From contig NC_087436.1 in assembly GCF_036321535.1 (NCBI RefSeq), positions 122,204,001 to 122,268,000 on the forward strand: DNA of 64,000 nucleotides, written 5' to 3'. Shown here piece by piece: positions 60,452 through 64,000 of this stretch. The notes beneath the pieces are model-generated. The model saw nothing but the letters and a program-made list of their open reading frames with translations, made no database searches and was not told the DNA's origin. How positions within the stretch are numbered: position 1 is the stretch's first letter; each line of letters opens with the position of its first letter. Made by a program: the position numbers and the translations under genes. The stretch comes from Camelus dromedarius. Lineage: Eukaryota.

Positions 60452-61648
60452 GTAGGTTGCATGTGCTTGGTTTATGCTGGGACGGGGGAGACACGCCTTC
60501 CTTTAGAGCACCTTTTCTCTAACGGATGTGACTTTGAGGGGCTATGTGTGTACTGTGTGGTGCGCTGTGGTTCCTGAAACGCTGACTGTGTGCACACGTC
60601 TCCCCTGCCCCCGCTGCTGCCGTCTGGGTTGTTGCCGATCTGCAAAAAGCAGCTGCCCCCAGCTGCCCCCTCACTGCACTTCCTTTGTCTCATGGATCAC
60701 TGACTTCGTTTCATGTTCACACGCCCCCTCTCCGCACGCAGCCCCACGAGGACACGGGCGCTGGGACACGCCCTGGCGCAGAGTAGACGTGTGTTGGAAG
60801 TAGCAGTAGGCCCCTTGTTTAGGACGTGAACTGGAAGCCCACTTAGCAGACGCCTGCAGGTGGTCTGAGAGGACAGAGTTGAGAAGGACTGCTCTTCTCC
60901 TGGTTTGGAGACTGGAATTGGCAGCCCTTAAAGATGGAAGCTGCCCTGCGGGGCCACCCCCACCCCCCTGTCGCTTCTGAAGCTTCTTCTCAACCACAAG
61001 AACTCACTCTACTCTGTGGATTTTCACTTGCTTTGTAACTGCCCACGAACTACATAGATTCTTCCAGAGCAAACCCAAGATGTCTCTGTGCTGATGATTA
61101 CCTTGACGAGGGTCCAGACAGGTCCACGCCCACCTGGGTGTCATCTCTTAGGTGGGAGGTTGGTCCTCTTGGGGCAGGAAGGGCAGGGTTGGGGCTGATC
61201 TGTGCTTCCCCTCCCCTCCGGGTCAGCCCATTAACCAACCTGGGCAGCAGGGACGACTGCGGGGGAGAAACCGTGCTGGCCGCAGACCTTCCCTTCCTGC
61301 CGCTTGCTCTTGGGGTGCCTGAAACGCCCTCCAGAAATAGCTGTACTGATGGGAACCTGTGGCCCCAGCCTTCCCGCCCAGCAAGTCTGGGGTGGGGCCC
61401 AGGCACCTCTGCCTTTAAAAGCTCCCTGGGGATTCCGATGGGCCCCTTCCATCCTTGCCCAGGTCAGTGGCCTTGATGGCTGAGTGATGGCAGACAGTTT
61501 GTGGACCCCTGTTTTCTGCGTTGCAATCAAAGCAGCAGCTCCAAGACTGTACACAGGAAGCTGCATTTTGGGTCCTCTTAGCATCAGCGGTGAGAGCCGA
61601 GGCCCAGGCAGGGACACCCCCCTAACATGTTGGTTCTTGAACGAGCAG

Positions 61649-61810
61649 TGAGCGAGTGTGAGGCGTCGGCCATGCTCCCGCTGGAGTGCCAGTACCTGAA
61701 CAAGAACGCCCTGACGACCCTCGCGGGGCCCCTCACCCCCCCAGTGAAGCACTTCCAGCTGAAGAGGAAGCCGAAGAGCGCCACGCTGAGGGCGGAGCTC
61801 CTGCAGAAGT
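61649..61810 (+). CDS. NELFA: Negative elongation factor A, exon 3
   Basis: gagcag acceptor; 162 nt encoding (V)SECEASAMLPLECQYLNKNALTTLAGPLTPPVKHFQLKRKPKSATLRAELLQK; T|gtgagt donor. Confidence 0.97.
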
Positions 61811-62996
61811 GTGAGTGCCTGTCCTGCCGGGCCGCTCCGCCAGGGGCCCGCGGACTGGGGAGCGCTGACTGCCCAGCAAACTGTGCTTTTGTCTTATGTC
61901 TGCAGTTGTTTAATTTCCTCTAGGTTTTTGGTACCTAAACTGTCTTTTAAAGACAGAATCCTACGTAGTTGCTGTTTCTTTTATTTGAAATTTATTGACG
62001 CCGGGCTGAACTGTGTGTTTAAAAATCTGCTTTAGAAACTTCCCAATTTCCAGGTTACGGTATTTATAATCTTTGATACGAAAGTGACCTCTGTACCGGT
62101 TGTGTCACACTGGCGATGAGACTGGCAGCCTGGGAGGGACTTCCCACAGGCTGGGCCTCACTCCGGAGCTCCTCACCCCTTCAGTTGTACACGGTCTCAG
62201 TTTGACCCTAAAGATGCTGGGTCATTTCACGTGATGTTTTCTCGGACGGTGCCCTGTAATGTGTCTGTGCAGGGATACTTGCTGGGAAGAAGGCAAGGAA
62301 GTTGATTCCTCTGGCCGGTGGCAGCAAAACTTCTTTTGTAAATAGTTATGATACTGATCTTAATGCCCGGTTTTCAAAGAATCCAGATGAAACACAGCAG
62401 GCATCATGACCCTTGGCTGCAGATGGACAGTGTCCGGGTCAGCACTGCTGTGTGGCTTTGTGGAGCTGGCAGCATGCAGCCTGGGCCTCAGACCCTTCCA
62501 CGCACCCTCTGGCAGCAGAACCTGGTGCCGGGCGCGGGGCTCTGGTCCTCCCTGAGCTGTGTCAGGAAAACCCCTTGTCTTTATGCTTCTGTGAAGGGAA
62601 ATGCTCAGTTAGCGAGGACCACCAGTGAGGACACTTCACCAGGAACCTTCGCCCGCCTCGGGCCCTCGCCCAGGTCCCCACAAGGCCTCCCTGCAGCTGC
62701 CTGGGGAGAGGGGAGGCCCCTCCCAGACCCCGGCCTGGCTGTGCCTCCTCCTGTGCCCAGCTCGCCCGCCATCCCCTGGGAGGTGCGGCCTTAGCGGCTG
62801 TACTTACAGAAGGTGGAGAACGTAGTTGTACGTACCCTGTTGGGTTTCTCAGCCGACAGATGACGCTTCGTGAGGGGGCAGACCCGTGTTTATGCTCGAA
62901 CACTCGCACCTCGGCCTTCCTTGTAATCAGACTGAGGCGGGCTCGCTCCGTGGTGCCATGCAGCTGAGCGCTGACCCGCCACCCTTGTCCTTGCAG

Positions 62997-63086
62997 CCAC
63001 CGAGACTGCCCAGCAGCTGAAGAGGAGCGCGGGGGTACCCTTCCACGCCAAGGGCCGGGGGCTGCTCCGGAAGATGGACACCACGA
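62997..63086 (+). CDS. NELFA: Negative elongation factor A, exon 4
   Basis: ttgcag acceptor; 90 nt encoding (S)TETAQQLKRSAGVPFHAKGRGLLRKMDTT; A|gtaag donor. Confidence 0.96.
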
Positions 63087-63900
63087 GTAAGGCCGCGCCC
63101 CCGCCACCCCTGCCTGCCAGCCCCGGCTGCCTCGTGTGTCTGCCCTAAAGACACTCTTCCCTCGTCAGCAGAGTCCTCTAGGGTTGGGATCTGGTGGCGA
63201 CAGGCCTGAGGGTGCTTTCGGGCCTGTGAGTGTGGAACGAGGGGCGAGCTCGGGGTTAGTTTCAGAAGCTTTTCCATGTAGGATCTGGAAGGTTGCATGT
63301 GAACCCACGAGACAAGGAAGGACAGCAGAGGGAGACGCCTGTTTTGGTTTCTCACACGTCTTCAGCAGCCGGCGGGCGCGGGCTGCCATGCAGCTCGGGT
63401 CACTGGCCGGGTGCGGTCTCTGCGTCCTCTGTGGGAGATGGGGATCAGGCGTGGGGACGGAGGGTGGGTGGTTCTGGCTGTCCAGCCTGTAACAGGTCCA
63501 TTCACCAAGAGGCACAGGAAAGGAGTAGCACCCACAGTTGTCAGAGCTGATGGAGTCCATGTATTGGGTTGATGGCTGCAGAGGTGGCCTTTGTTCAGTG
63601 TCTTTGAAAATACCACGTTTTGGCTGTGGCATCATTGATTTCCAAGCCTTGCCCTTCTGGGCAGGCCAGCTTGGTGTCCAAGTTCATGGGAGGGGGACAG
63701 GACAGGCCCTTGGTCACAGGCGTCCCGGGGTTGCCACCTGCCCCTGCCCTGAGATGCAGTCTGTCCATGGGAGCCCTGGGCGGGGGCTGTGGAGTTGGCA
63801 GATGAGCGGTCCCTGTGGTCCTCCCCTAGGGCAGCTCGCCCTGGGCCATCTCTGCTGGTCACAGTGTCTGAAGCCCTGACAGCCACCGTCCTCTTTGCAG

Positions 63901-64000
63901 CCCCGCTCAAAGGCATCCCGAAGCAGGCGCCCTTCCGGAGCCCCACCGCGCCCAGTGTCTTCAGCCCCACCGGGAACCGGACTCCCATCCCGCCTTCCAG
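63901..64000 (+). CDS. NELFA: Negative elongation factor A, exon 5 (cut by the window end)
   Basis: tttgcag acceptor; encodes (T)PLKGIPKQAPFRSPTAPSVFSPTGNRTPIPPS. Confidence 0.95.

Noticed and set aside
1..64000. CRISPR arrays, operons, prokaryotic defence systems, rRNA genes
   Set aside because: The sequence is spliced mammalian genomic DNA, and I saw no repeat-spacer arrays or rRNA-like sequence.

Overview
This is eukaryotic, mammalian DNA, probably camelid: it carries tRNA-derived Vic-1-type SINEs and artiodactyl-type L1 3' ends. Gene order matches human 4p16.3. From left to right it holds the last three coding exons of POLN (+), the complete NAT8L gene (-, 302 codons, ~4.3 kb 3'UTR), the complete NICOL1/C4orf48 gene (-, 95 codons), a retroelement-dense intergenic block (~30-40 kb), and NELFA exons 1-5 (+) with an 18 kb repeat-filled intron 1. 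Exon boundaries were read from GT/AG sites with consistent phases. Nearly all other ORFs in the supplied track are chance products of GC-rich DNA. I found no evidence of a wholly new gene system. The best leads are smaller: (1) an in-frame TAG 11 codons before the still-intact ancestral POLN C-terminus; (2) a C9 tract that puts the NELFA upstream AUG out of frame; (3) neuronal miRNA sites in the NAT8L 3'UTR, including an 11-nt miR-128 match; (4) an intronic TATA/MEF2 element that could drive a short NAT8L form; (5) an L1 plus a SINE inserted at one target site, giving three TSD copies; (6) a MER53/miR-1302-like hairpin; (7) strongly GC-shifted ancient repeats. Ortholog and repeat-consensus comparisons are from memory and need confirming by alignment.
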